A stretch of DNA of 64,000 nucleotides from Eubacteriales Family XIII. Incertae Sedis bacterium (GCA_031261395.1 JAISJT010000004.1:8675-72674), one strand, 5' to 3'; positions 19,619 through 28,757 are shown, counted from the stretch's first letter. Numbers and translations are program-made. The notes: a model not told the origin generated them from the letters alone.

Positions 19619-20329
19619 TTATTGACCTCCGTTTCTGAATATTCCCGTCCCAACGCGTACCATCGTTGCGCCCTCTTCGATCGCGACCTCATAGTCGTGC
19701 GTCATTCCCATCGACAGATGCCGGAATGCCGGACGTGAAATCGCAATTTTGTCAAAAGCCTGCTTGACCTCTCGAAAGTACCCGCGCACTTCTTCGGGGT
19801 CCCCGGCAATTGGCACGACAGACATCAAGCCCGTCACCTGCACCCGCGTCAGACCGCTTTCGATCTCACTCACGAGCGCCTCCGCCTCCGGCAGAGAAAC
19901 TCCCGCCTTTTGCGCCTCACCCGCGGGGTTCACCTGAATCAATACATCCACGTCTACGCCCGCTTCTTCCGCACGCCGCTCAATCTCTTCCGCCAGTCTG
20001 AAACTGTCGACGGAATGGATGAGAGTCGTCTTTCCGATGATGTATTTTACCTTGTTTCTTTGTAGTTGTCCAATCAAATGCCACTTTATATTGTATTTTT
20101 TTTCGGTTACAACCGCCATATCTTGCATATTGGCGTATTTTTCCGTCATTTCCTGTACGCGGTTTTCTCCGAGGTCCAAAGCGCCTGCACGGACGGCTTC
20201 CATCATCTCCTCTACCGTGCGAGTCTTGGTCACGCAGATGAGTGTGACCTCGCCCGGCGCACGTCCGGCGCGCGTTTCCGCCGCCGCGATACGCCCCCGG
20301 ATCTCCCTGATATTTTCAGCAATCGTCAT
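19619..20329 (-). CDS. yggS: YggS family PLP homeostasis protein
   Basis: VTKT, GENRVQE, WHLIGQLQRNKVK, LSMGMTHDYEVAIEEGATMVRVGTGIF. Confidence 0.95.
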   Translation of the reverse strand: MTIAENIREIRGRIAAAETRAGRAPGEVTLICVTKTRTVEEMMEAVRAGALDLGENRVQEMTEKYANMQDMAVVTEKKYNIKWHLIGQLQRNKVKYIIGKTTLIHSVDSFRLAEEIERRAEEAGVDVDVLIQVNPAGEAQKAGVSLPEAEALVSEIESGLTRVQVTGLMSVVPIAGDPEEVRGYFREVKQAFDKIAISRPAFRHLSMGMTHDYEVAIEEGATMVRVGTGIFRNGGQ

Positions 20330-20354
20330 TCCTTTTTTCTCCCTTTAATACCCT

Positions 20355-21584
20355 TTAGTACCCTTCCGCCGACGGGTCGCTCATGATTTCATCATAATAC
20401 CGCACCGTCGAAATCGTACCGCCGATCGCATCCTCGTAGCTTGTTTCCGAGACAAGGTACTGCCCCTCCGAAGTCCTCACGACATGGATCGGCACCCACT
20501 TGAACGAGCCGCTCTGCTGCCGCACATACACGCCGGGCACCCCCGCGCGTTCGGCCACAGACTTTTCATCGATCACAGCGCCGTGATAGACGTTGAACAC
20601 GACGTGCACTTCCTGTTTCCGAAATTTGTCGAGGTCGCGGTAATACATATCAGAGCGCAGCACGACGAAGATATCATCCCCTTGAGGCTCGGTCGATTCG
20701 ATGACAGCGGTCACCTTGGTCGTGTCCAAATCGAGCGTGACTTCGGCGCCCGGCACATAGCGCTTGGCCATCTCCCCGCCGGTATTCGCGATCCAAAAGA
20801 CAAAACGCCAGCTGTTGTTGTTTGTGATCTTGTAGACAGGCTCGCCCGCATTCGCCCAGCCGCGCTCGATATCCAGCGCCATATCCGGCAGCGTATTGAG
20901 CATAGTCTTTCCGAGCGTCCCGATCGATTCGGGACATATCCGCTTCTCAAAACCATCTGCATAATAACTCACTATCGCCGTCGTCGGAGAGACCCCGCCT
21001 TCACTCGGCGCAGCATTGCCTGCAGCCGACTGTATGACCTGCTCGAGCGTAGGTACCACCGGCCCCGCAGTTTCATCGTCCGCCCCGGAGGCGCCGTCTG
21101 CCACAGCGGACGAGCCGTCTGTGGATTCCGGCTCGGCGGCCGGAATGACAAGCGCCGCATCTGTCATTCCGGGCGAGCCGTTTGTCATTCCGGGCGCCGA
21201 CCCGGAATCCAAGTCCCGAGGCGCCGCATTTGTCATTCCGGGCTCCACGTCTGTCATTCCGGGCGCCGACCCGGAATCCACGCCCTGAGGCGCCGCTGCA
21301 TCCGGGTCGATATACACGACCTGCGTACCGGCGCGTATCTTCGTTCCCTCGGCCACCATATACTGCGGCGCACCCGCATAGGCCGCCGTATAGAGCGTTT
21401 CCTCGCGCACAAAGATGCCCGTTACCGTATCCTGCACGGGGAATTCCGCATACTTCACGATGACCGTCTCCTTGCCAATGCCCCCAATGAGCGGCGTCAC
21501 GTAAATGATGCTGTACAGGATGGCAACGACAATAACGAAGAAAACCGCGAAGATGACAAGTACTGCTTTTCTACCTGTAGACAT
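20355..21584 (-). CDS. Membrane-anchored HlyD/membrane-fusion-like protein preceding yggS, with in-frame palindrome insertions
   Basis: N-terminal TM, GIFVREET, EGTKIRAG, IVSYYADGFE, GEPVYKITNNNSW, GVYV, YDEI; this gene usually sits here in Clostridia. Confidence 0.75.
   Translation of the reverse strand: MSTGRKAVLVIFAVFFVIVVAILYSIIYVTPLIGGIGKETVIVKYAEFPVQDTVTGIFVREETLYTAAYAGAPQYMVAEGTKIRAGTQVVYIDPDAAAPQGVDSGSAPGMTDVEPGMTNAAPRDLDSGSAPGMTNGSPGMTDAALVIPAAEPESTDGSSAVADGASGADDETAGPVVPTLEQVIQSAAGNAAPSEGGVSPTTAIVSYYADGFEKRICPESIGTLGKTMLNTLPDMALDIERGWANAGEPVYKITNNNSWRFVFWIANTGGEMAKRYVPGAEVTLDLDTTKVTAVIESTEPQGDDIFVVLRSDMYYRDLDKFRKQEVHVVFNVYHGAVIDEKSVAERAGVPGVYVRQQSGSFKWVPIHVVRTSEGQYLVSETSYEDAIGGTISTVRYYDEIMSDPSAEGY
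21123..21280. repeat. Cluster of TGTCAT palindromic elements inside the CDS (3 full, 2 partial)
   Basis: Full copies 21183-21211 and 21252-21280 identical to 10680-10708; inverted variant 21123-21150; partial copies at 21162 and 21231, each 21 bp before a full copy. Confidence 0.92.
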
Positions 21585-21661
21585 AATAAGAGTCTAATGA
21601 AAGCGAGCCCCCTGTACAATGAATTTAGTCTTTTTGTAACACCAACGTAACCTCCGCAGAG

Positions 21662-21737
21662 TTCATGACGTATAGCGGCGCAAATCGGTAAAAAAAACAC
21701 TCTTTTTTGACCAATTTGCGCCGCTATACGTCATGAA
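21662..21737. repeat. 76-bp near-perfect palindrome in a divergent promoter region
   Basis: ttcatgacgtatagcggcgcaaat...atttgcgccgctatacgtcatgaa; TATAAT follows at 21743-21748. Confidence 0.85.
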
Positions 21738-21878
21738 AGGTATATAATACCCTTGATGATGTTGCTTTGATGGCAGGTTGGGAACGGTAATGAAATCAAC
21801 TATCAACAATTGTAAAATGATTCCAACGGGGGGGGGGATTTCCTAAACCCTTTCGGGAGTATATTGGTTGTTTTAAAA

Positions 21879-21920
21879 GACGTCGGTCTGCGGCATTTGC
21901 CGTGGCCGGCGCCTTTTTAT
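21879..21920 (+). terminator. Terminator-like hairpin in the leader of the surface-protein gene
   Basis: gacgtcggtctgcggc-attt-gccgtggccggcgcc followed by ttttt. Confidence 0.55.
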
Positions 21921-21938
21921 GCGCTTTTGTAAATGCCG

Positions 21939-22012
21939 CGTCATCCTGAACTTGTTTCAGGATCCCGGCAAAAGATATCTTGGCAAAGATGCTGAAACGA
22001 ATTCAGCATGAC
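21939..22012. repeat. Inverted pair of CGTCAT-tagged palindromes (second subfamily)
   Basis: cgtcatcctgaacttgtttcaggatc and, on the opposite strand, cgtcatgctgaattcgtttcagcatc. Confidence 0.8.
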
Positions 22013-22045
22013 GGGCTATTACTTAGAAGGAGAATGGAGTTAGCA

Positions 22046-23806
22046 ATGAAAAGAAATATGAGACTGCTGTCAATCGCGATTTCACTCTGTATGGCGCTCG
22101 GCCTGTTTGCGCTTGCACCGGGGGCAGCATATGCAGAAGTTGATGTGACGCCGCCGACGATAGGAGAGCCAGTGGTCGCATCCTCTGCGAGTTCGCCGTA
22201 TCACGCAGGTGATACCATCGTAATGACCGTGGATATACAGGACGAGTCGGGAATCGACGTAAGCACTTTATATACAGATATATATAACCCAAAAGGGTAT
22301 GTGGAACCAGTATATGGTGAAAATGTCAGTGGTAATAGCTACAGATTTACCTACGTGATACCGGAAAATCCATGGCCTGGGGTATGGAGTTTTTTCTATG
22401 TTGTTTGCAGCGATTTATCTTCAAATGCTAATCAAGAAGGTCGTTATATCTACGATGTTGCTCAATTCACAGTGGAAGCAACGCCCACAACTGATACGAC
22501 CGCACCCAATATTTCAAACATTTCAGTGACTCCGACTCAAAACAATCCCAACGATACCGTCACCGTCAGCGCTACGCTCACAGACAACGTGGCTGTCCAC
22601 CACGCGTTCTTCACTCTGATCAGCCCTTCAAATGTCGAGTATACAAATAATATACTTTCCAAAGTGGGCGAGACCGATACCTGGTCGGGTGGTTTCGCTT
22701 TGCCATCCGGCGCCGAATCCGGGATTTGGAGCGTTAAAATTTCGGCTTATGATGCCGCAAGTAATGTCAGCAATCAAACCCTGGGCAATATGTTCTCAGT
22801 CTCTGTGACATTTACTTCCGTGACGGGCGTTACGCTCAATACGCGTTCAATCAATCTCAGCGTAGGCGCAAACCAAACCCTCACGGCAAATATCTCTCCG
22901 GACAATGCCACAAATCAGAATGTGGAGTGGACTTCAACCAAACCAAACATCGCGAAGGTAGACCAGAACGGCAAAGTGACTGCCGTCAGCCCGGGCGCCG
23001 CGGCAATCACAGTCAAAACGGTAGACGGCGCATTTACCGATACCTGCAATGTCACGGTCAAACCTCTTGCAATCGGCGCGGCCGTCATCTCGCCCATCGC
23101 CGGTGTGACTTACGACGGCAAGGCGCAGACGCCTGCCTTGACGGTAAAACACGGCGGAACTACCCTCGCCGCGGGCAAGGACTTCACGATTGGCTGGACA
23201 AGCAATGTCAATGCAGGGACGGCGAAGGTCACCATCACGGGGAAGGGCAATTACAGCGGGACCAAGACGGCGACTTTCATTATTGCCAGGGCAAATATCG
23301 CGAAGCTGAGTTTTGCGGACATATCCGACAAGGAATGGACAGGGAAAAAGCTTGCTCCGGTACCGGCCGTCAAGCACGGCGACCTGAAGCTAAAGAACGG
23401 GACGCACTTCACGGTGACTCACGGGGCGAACAAAAACATCGGCAAGGGCACCCTCACTATCAAGGCGAAGAGCGCAAACTATACGGGCAGCGTCACGCGG
23501 ACCTTCAAGATCGTGCCAAAGGCTGTCGCCGTTTCCAAGGCGGCCCCAGGCAAAAAGCAGATCACGGTGACATGGAAAAAGACTGACGACACACAGAAAA
23601 TCACAAAGTATGAAGTTCGCTACAGGGTCAAAGGCGCTGCGGAGTGGAAGACCGCCACCGCCTCCGCCGGGAGTGCGAGCCTGACGATCAAGAAGCTGAG
23701 CAAAGGCAAGGTCTATCAGGTGCAGCTGCGTTCATACAAGACGGTGAACGGTGTGAAATATCAAAGCCCCTGGAGCACCACCAAGACCAGCGGCAAGGTG
23801 AAATAG
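22046..23806 (+). CDS. Secreted/surface protein with Ig-like (Big_2) and C-terminal fibronectin type III domains
   Basis: Signal peptide ending AYA; VTGVTLN...ISPDNATNQNVEWTS...VDQNGKVTAVSPG; TYDGKAQTP and GKGNYSG repeats; ITVTWKK...YEVRYR...LTIKKL...YQVQLRSYKTV...SPWS. Confidence 0.85.
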   Translation: MKRNMRLLSIAISLCMALGLFALAPGAAYAEVDVTPPTIGEPVVASSASSPYHAGDTIVMTVDIQDESGIDVSTLYTDIYNPKGYVEPVYGENVSGNSYRFTYVIPENPWPGVWSFFYVVCSDLSSNANQEGRYIYDVAQFTVEATPTTDTTAPNISNISVTPTQNNPNDTVTVSATLTDNVAVHHAFFTLISPSNVEYTNNILSKVGETDTWSGGFALPSGAESGIWSVKISAYDAASNVSNQTLGNMFSVSVTFTSVTGVTLNTRSINLSVGANQTLTANISPDNATNQNVEWTSTKPNIAKVDQNGKVTAVSPGAAAITVKTVDGAFTDTCNVTVKPLAIGAAVISPIAGVTYDGKAQTPALTVKHGGTTLAAGKDFTIGWTSNVNAGTAKVTITGKGNYSGTKTATFIIARANIAKLSFADISDKEWTGKKLAPVPAVKHGDLKLKNGTHFTVTHGANKNIGKGTLTIKAKSANYTGSVTRTFKIVPKAVAVSKAAPGKKQITVTWKKTDDTQKITKYEVRYRVKGAAEWKTATASAGSASLTIKKLSKGKVYQVQLRSYKTVNGVKYQSPWSTTKTSGKVK

Positions 23807-23810
23807 GATG

Positions 23811-24326
23811 TCACCTCAGCAGCAGTGTCACTTCGGCCAGGATGCGGCCTGAGGTCAGATCGATCTCCTTGATGAATACGTCGGCCATGGGAATCAATAA
23901 TATGCCCCCGCCGCCTTTTGCGACTTCGAGCAGGTCGTGCGCGGGATTGTCTACGATACCTTGTACGAGCCCGATTTCATCGCCCGTAGCCGTATCGATG
24001 ACGCTGAGGCCTATCAGATCGCTGACGAGGTAGGCGTCTTCCTCCGCCGGACGGATGGCGTCTTCGTCAACGTAGACCTCTGAGCCGATCAGCGCCTCTG
24101 CGGCGCTTCGGTCAATAACACCGCTCAGACCAAGAATTGGGGTACGTCCGTGTACACGAAGGGACAAAATATTGTACGGAACCATAGTCCGAAGCGCCTG
24201 ATTATTGCATAGAAAAAGGGTGGACGCGCGCGACAGGCTTTCTGCGTCGCCCGACTCGTGGTAGAGTTTGACTTCGCCCTTGAGCCCTGCCGCGCCCGCG
24301 ATCCTCCCTATTTTGATTTGTTTCAT
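23811..24326 (-). CDS. rimM: Ribosome maturation factor RimM
   Basis: IGRIAGAAGLKGEVK, DLIGLSV, NPAHDLLEV, LIP; follows rpsP-khpA. Confidence 0.92.
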   Translation of the reverse strand: MKQIKIGRIAGAAGLKGEVKLYHESGDAESLSRASTLFLCNNQALRTMVPYNILSLRVHGRTPILGLSGVIDRSAAEALIGSEVYVDEDAIRPAEEDAYLVSDLIGLSVIDTATGDEIGLVQGIVDNPAHDLLEVAKGGGGILLIPMADVFIKEIDLTSGRILAEVTLLLR

Positions 24327-24343
24327 AACTGCGGGGCAGGCCG

Positions 24344-24574
24344 TTACTGAACGATCTCCACGCCGATATTCCGATTTGTTTTCGCAGAAGCGGCCTTGAC
24401 TACGGTGCGGATCGCCTTTGCGATACGGCCCTGCTTGCCGATGACCTTTCCCCTGTCCTCCGCCGCGACCTTGAGTTCAATGACCGTTTCACCCTCCTTG
24501 ACGGTTTCCCGAACGCTCACGGCCTCGGTGTTTTCTACAAGGGAAAGTGCGATCGTCTTGACGAGTTCTTCCAT
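24344..24574 (-). CDS. khpA: KH-domain RNA-binding protein KhpA
   Basis: DRGKVIGKQGRIAKAIRTVVKAA; ATG 24574 with AAGGAG. Confidence 0.93.
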   Translation of the reverse strand: MEELVKTIALSLVENTEAVSVRETVKEGETVIELKVAAEDRGKVIGKQGRIAKAIRTVVKAASAKTNRNIGVEIVQ

Positions 24575-24603
24575 GTTGATCTCCTTCCGGGCGCCTTTGC
24601 GTC

Positions 24604-24849
24604 CTATTCGAGCGCGCCGGCGGCTGCGAGCAATTTCTTGACGGTCTCGGTCGGCTGCGCACCGTTTGCGATCCACTGATTGGCCTTCTCCAGATCCACT
24701 TTGATCACGGACGGCTCCTGAAGCGGGTCGTAGGTGCCGAGCTCCTCGATGAAGCGGCCGTCTCTGGGGCTCCGGGAATCCGCAACAACGATGCGGTAGA
24801 AAGGCTTTTTCTTTGCGCCCATCCTTCTGAGTCTGATTTTTACTGACAT
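24604..24849 (-). CDS. rpsP: 30S ribosomal protein S16
   Basis: [33 protein letters not shown]...GAQPTETV. Confidence 0.98.
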   Translation of the reverse strand: MSVKIRLRRMGAKKKPFYRIVVADSRSPRDGRFIEELGTYDPLQEPSVIKVDLEKANQWIANGAQPTETVKKLLAAAGALE

Positions 24850-24887
24850 TTTTTCCTCCTTACTGCAATAACAATTTCATGGTTTTA

Positions 24888-26231
24888 TCAGAACATGCCA
24901 CCCGGCATACCTGGCAAGCGCATACGCTTTCCGGGTTTCATGTACGATTTCATCATCTTGCGGGCCTCCTCGTATTTTTTGACGAGGCTGTTGACCTGAG
25001 ACACGGGCTGACCGGCCCCGGCCGCGATGCGCTTTCTGCGGCTGGCATTCAGGATCGAGGGGTCGCGGCGCTCCTCCTTCGTCATCGACTGCATGACGGC
25101 TTCCATGCGGATGAACTCGCGCTCTCCTTCGGCCACCTGATCGTCCGACACCTTTCCGGCGCCGATACCGGGCATCATGCCGATAAGGGAGGCGAGGCCG
25201 CCCATCTTTTTGATCTGAGCCATCTGGTCGAGAAAGTCCTCGAGCGTGAACTGGTTTTTTGACATCTTGCGTTCGAGCTCGGCAGCCTTGTCGTCCTCAT
25301 AGTCCGCTTCGAGCTTTTCGATGAGGCTCATGACGTCGCCCATGCCGAGGATGCGCGAGGCCATGCGATCCGGGTGGAAGGGTTCGAGGGCGTCAAGCTT
25401 TTCGCCGACGCCGATGAATTTGATCGGCTTGCCCGTCACGCTCTTTGTGGACAGGGCTGCGCCGCCTCTTGCATCGCCGTCGAGCTTGGTCATGATGATG
25501 CCGTCAACTCCGAGTCCTTCCGCGAAGCCCTTCGCTGTGGTCACGGCGTCCTGGCCCATCAGCGCATCGACGACCAACAGGATCTCGTGCGGTCTCAGCG
25601 TCCGTTTGAGCGTCCTAAGCTCTTCCATCAGCGGCTCGTCGATCTGCAGCCGACCGGCGGTATCGACGATGAGTACGTCTTTGCCGAGGCGGCGCGCTTC
25701 CTTCACGGCAGCCTCAGCGATCGCCACGGGATCTTTCGACGCCTTGTCCGCATAGACGGGTATGCCCACGCCTTGTCCGACGATCTCGAGCTGATCGATG
25801 GCGGCGGGCCGGTAAATATCGCAAGCGCAGAGCATCGGATTTTTGCCGTTCTTCTTGAGGTAGCCCGCGAGTTTGCCGCAGGTCGTCGTCTTGCCGGTGC
25901 CCTGAAGGCCGACCATCATGTATATGGAAAAGCCCGAAGGCGAGTAGGTGAGTTTGCTGTTTGTGCCGCCCATGAGGCCGACCAATTCGTCCTGGACGAT
26001 CTTGATGACCTGCTGTCCGGGATTGAGGCTGGCATGGATCTCCACGCCAAGCGCCTTTTCGCGAACTGTCGCGACGAACTCTTTGACTACTTTGAAATTG
26101 ACGTCGGCTTCGAGCAGGGCGAGTTTGATCTCGCGCATCGCCTCGTCGATATCTGATTCGGAAAGGACTCCCTTGCCCTTTAGTTTTCGGAATACGCCTT
26201 GTAGTTTTTCTTGTAATCCTTCAAATGCCAT
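24888..26231 (-). CDS. ffh: Signal recognition particle protein Ffh
   Basis: ALLEADVN, GLQGTGKTT, DTAGR, TKLDGDARGGAALS, RILGMGD, M domain SRRKRIAAGAG. Confidence 0.98.
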   Translation of the reverse strand: MAFEGLQEKLQGVFRKLKGKGVLSESDIDEAMREIKLALLEADVNFKVVKEFVATVREKALGVEIHASLNPGQQVIKIVQDELVGLMGGTNSKLTYSPSGFSIYMMVGLQGTGKTTTCGKLAGYLKKNGKNPMLCACDIYRPAAIDQLEIVGQGVGIPVYADKASKDPVAIAEAAVKEARRLGKDVLIVDTAGRLQIDEPLMEELRTLKRTLRPHEILLVVDALMGQDAVTTAKGFAEGLGVDGIIMTKLDGDARGGAALSTKSVTGKPIKFIGVGEKLDALEPFHPDRMASRILGMGDVMSLIEKLEADYEDDKAAELERKMSKNQFTLEDFLDQMAQIKKMGGLASLIGMMPGIGAGKVSDDQVAEGEREFIRMEAVMQSMTKEERRDPSILNASRRKRIAAGAGQPVSQVNSLVKKYEEARKMMKSYMKPGKRMRLPGMPGGMF

Positions 26232-26236
26232 CGACC

Positions 26237-26614
26237 CTAAATATCCAGTCCTTTAATCACTTTTTTGATGCGGCGCAGATCTTTCAAGACAGCTTCATCC
26301 GCTTTTTCTATTTTTCCGGCTCTCACCTTGTCGCGCAAAATGCCGTCTGTCTTCGCGAGGATCTCTTTCAGCGCACGCTCGTATTCCTCGTGTTTGGCGA
26401 TCAGTCCCAAGGCGTCCTCGTAGGAAGCCAGCCGCTCTTCCGCCTTGCCGAGGGCTGTGTGCACAGCCTGACGGCTCACCGAGGCGAGACCCGCGATTTC
26501 CGAGAGCGATAGGTTGTCCTCGTGGTAGAGTTCGAAAACCTCGCGCTGCCGCTCACTGAGCAATGCGCCGTAGTAATCGTACAGCAGGCTGTTTTTCGCG
26601 TTCGCACCGTCCAT
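26237..26614 (-). CDS. ylxM: YlxM family HTH protein
   Basis: LYDYYGALLSERQ...EDNLSLSEIA...VSRQAVH...L..YEDALGL; upstream of ffh. Confidence 0.92.
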   Translation of the reverse strand: MDGANAKNSLLYDYYGALLSERQREVFELYHEDNLSLSEIAGLASVSRQAVHTALGKAEERLASYEDALGLIAKHEEYERALKEILAKTDGILRDKVRAGKIEKADEAVLKDLRRIKKVIKGLDI

Positions 26615-26633
26615 TTCGTTCCTCCAAAATCAA

Positions 26634-26666
26634 TATGCCTGTCAACATTCAACGTTGACAGGCATA
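26634..26666. promoter_or_regulatory. Inverted repeat in the ylxM-ffh leader (operator or RNA hairpin)
   Basis: tatgcctgtcaac-N7-gttgacaggcata; overlaps a minus-strand promoter TTGACG...TGATATGCT. Confidence 0.6.
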
Positions 26667-26695
26667 GCATATCACAATTTTGGTCTCTGCGTCAA

Positions 26696-26848
26696 TTACA
26701 TGAAGATATATTGCAGGACCATATTGAAGACCTGCCGCTCTTCATTCTCCATCACAGCCTTGTAGTAGCCTTCCCAGGCGGGGGACACCTCGTCCGGGTG
26801 GCTTGCCACATACTCGTCATAATTTTGCAAATACTTGCTCTCAGACAT
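26696..26848 (-). CDS. 50-aa small protein of unknown function (below ORF-track cutoff)
   Basis: MSESKYLQNYDEYVASHPDEVSPAWEGYYKAVMENEERQVFNMVLQYIFM; SD AAAGGAGG 8 nt before ATG. Confidence 0.7.
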   Translation of the reverse strand: MSESKYLQNYDEYVASHPDEVSPAWEGYYKAVMENEERQVFNMVLQYIFM

Positions 26849-26896
26849 TTTGGATTCCTCCTTTACCTATGCGCCTGTGCGCCTTTGCGCCTTTGG

Positions 26897-27538
26897 TCAG
26901 CTGACGTACTCGAGGCCTTTTTTGACGGCCGCGGCCGCATTTTTGGTCCAGTAGTCGGCGCCGATGAAGTCGCTTGCTTCCTGACTGACCGCGTTGCCGC
27001 CGATCAGTACCTTGATTTTGTCGCGCAACCCGGCCGCCTGAAGCGCTTCGATGGTCTCTTTCATCGATGCGATGGACAGGGTGAGTACGCCGGACAGTCC
27101 GATGAGATCCGCATCATTGGCTTTTGCTGCCTCAATAAATGCGGCGGCCGGCTGATCGATGCCGATGTCAACGACTTTGAAGCCCGCCGCTTCGGACAGG
27201 GCTTTGAAAATATTCTTGCCTATATCGTGGATGTCGCCCGCGACGGTACCGAGAATGAGCGTGCCCTTTGACGCCTGGCCGGCGCCTGCGCTCATCAGAG
27301 GTTTCAGTGTCTCGAGGGATGACGTCAGGATCTGGGCCGCATACATCAGGTCGCCCACAAAATATGTCCCGTTTTCGAAATTGTCGCCGACGATCTCCAT
27401 CCCCTGCTGGCAGGCTTCGACCACTAACTGCGTTTCTTCGGGCGAGGGATTTCCCGCGATGAATTCATCGAGCGCCTGTATCACGCCGTCTTCGTCGAGG
27501 TCGCCGAGTTTTTGTTTTAGTATTGCCGTATCAATCAT
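26897..27538 (-). CDS. Corrinoid (cobalamin-binding) methyl-carrier protein, MtaC/MtbC-like
   Basis: Cap domain GMEIVGDNFENGTYFVGDL; GTVAGDIHDIGKNI (DxHxxG), IGLSG, IGGN. Confidence 0.93.
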   Translation of the reverse strand: MIDTAILKQKLGDLDEDGVIQALDEFIAGNPSPEETQLVVEACQQGMEIVGDNFENGTYFVGDLMYAAQILTSSLETLKPLMSAGAGQASKGTLILGTVAGDIHDIGKNIFKALSEAAGFKVVDIGIDQPAAAFIEAAKANDADLIGLSGVLTLSIASMKETIEALQAAGLRDKIKVLIGGNAVSQEASDFIGADYWTKNAAAAVKKGLEYVS

Positions 27539-27571
27539 TTTGTTCCTCCTATATCCGATTCTGCCGACAAA

Positions 27572-28726
27572 TCAATAATATGCCTTGTCGCGCACCCATT
27601 CAAGCACCGCCTGCAATTTGACTATGTCAATACTGGCTATATCCATAACGCTTTTGTTAAAGGTGAAGAAGAAGTGCCCGCTCTTCATGCAGATATCGCA
27701 CATCTCTTTGACGACGTCGATGCACTCTTCCTTGCTCTTTGACAGCGTGATCGTCGGATCGAAAAAGCCGCCAAAGACATGATCCTTGCCAAAGGTATCC
27801 GTGTATTTCTGCATATCTCCGTCCTCGACCCACGCGACGGCGGACTTCGGGAGCCTTGTCAAATAATCGAGATAGCGCGTCCAGTCGTTTTCCGCGAAGA
27901 AGGTAGTGCCGATATTGTTATTGTCCATTTCGACAACCAACTTCTCATAGGTCGGCCACCACAGCCGCTCAAACTGTGCGGGGTTCATATACGGCGCCAG
28001 GTGGAGCGGGATGAAACCCTGCATCCCCGGATAGGGCTGCGTCGGGATCGCAAGCTTCAGCATCAGCGGGTAGACGGCTTCGGCCGCCGCTTCCACCTTG
28101 TCCGGGATCCGGCGGCAGTCCATGAGGATGGCCTTGAAACCGCGGAGCTGATCCGCCAGGAAGTCGAAAGGCGCCTCCGTCATAGGCGACGTGATGAGGC
28201 CGGTCGAATAGCCGTACCTGGCCGAGATCCGCCCCATAGTAGCAAAATAGGTCGTCACCTGCTCACTGTAACTCCGAAGAGCCTTCGCGAAAACGATACC
28301 GCGGTTGATCGGATCCGTGTCGAGTGCGCGGCAGACGCGCGGCAAAAACTTCTCTACGATCATGTCATACGGATTCTTGATGAACTCATCGTAATCCTCC
28401 TCATACATCGTCTCGATCTCCGGATGCTGCACCGCGCCGTTCGAAGCGAGGACCCAGTTCTTGGTCCCCAGGATCTGATAGACAGGCGGATATCTGAGAT
28501 TTGTCATCGGAAAAGTATCCGAATAGAAGGTATCGCAAACTTTTTCATAAGTCTTTTCCGCCAGCGCGGGATCGTAATGCGAATCAAGCAGACTCACATC
28601 CGCCAATCCGCATGCCGCCTCAAGCGAAAAATTCGGGAAGACCAGCACTCTCTTCGGACGTTTGCCTGCAAAAAGATCCTCCCGGACGCTGCTGCGCTCG
28701 GCAAACAGTTCTGCTGTATTACTCAA
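27572..28726 (-). CDS. UroD/MtaA-superfamily methyltransferase
   Basis: YDEFIKNP, EAPFDFLADQLRG, PLH, QFERLWWPT, ECIDVVKE; adjacent to corrinoid protein. Confidence 0.82.
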   Translation of the reverse strand: MSNTAELFAERSSVREDLFAGKRPKRVLVFPNFSLEAACGLADVSLLDSHYDPALAEKTYEKVCDTFYSDTFPMTNLRYPPVYQILGTKNWVLASNGAVQHPEIETMYEEDYDEFIKNPYDMIVEKFLPRVCRALDTDPINRGIVFAKALRSYSEQVTTYFATMGRISARYGYSTGLITSPMTEAPFDFLADQLRGFKAILMDCRRIPDKVEAAAEAVYPLMLKLAIPTQPYPGMQGFIPLHLAPYMNPAQFERLWWPTYEKLVVEMDNNNIGTTFFAENDWTRYLDYLTRLPKSAVAWVEDGDMQKYTDTFGKDHVFGGFFDPTITLSKSKEECIDVVKEMCDICMKSGHFFFTFNKSVMDIASIDIVKLQAVLEWVRDKAYY

Positions 28727-28757
28727 CTGCCACCTCTCTTTCTATAACACCGTTGAT

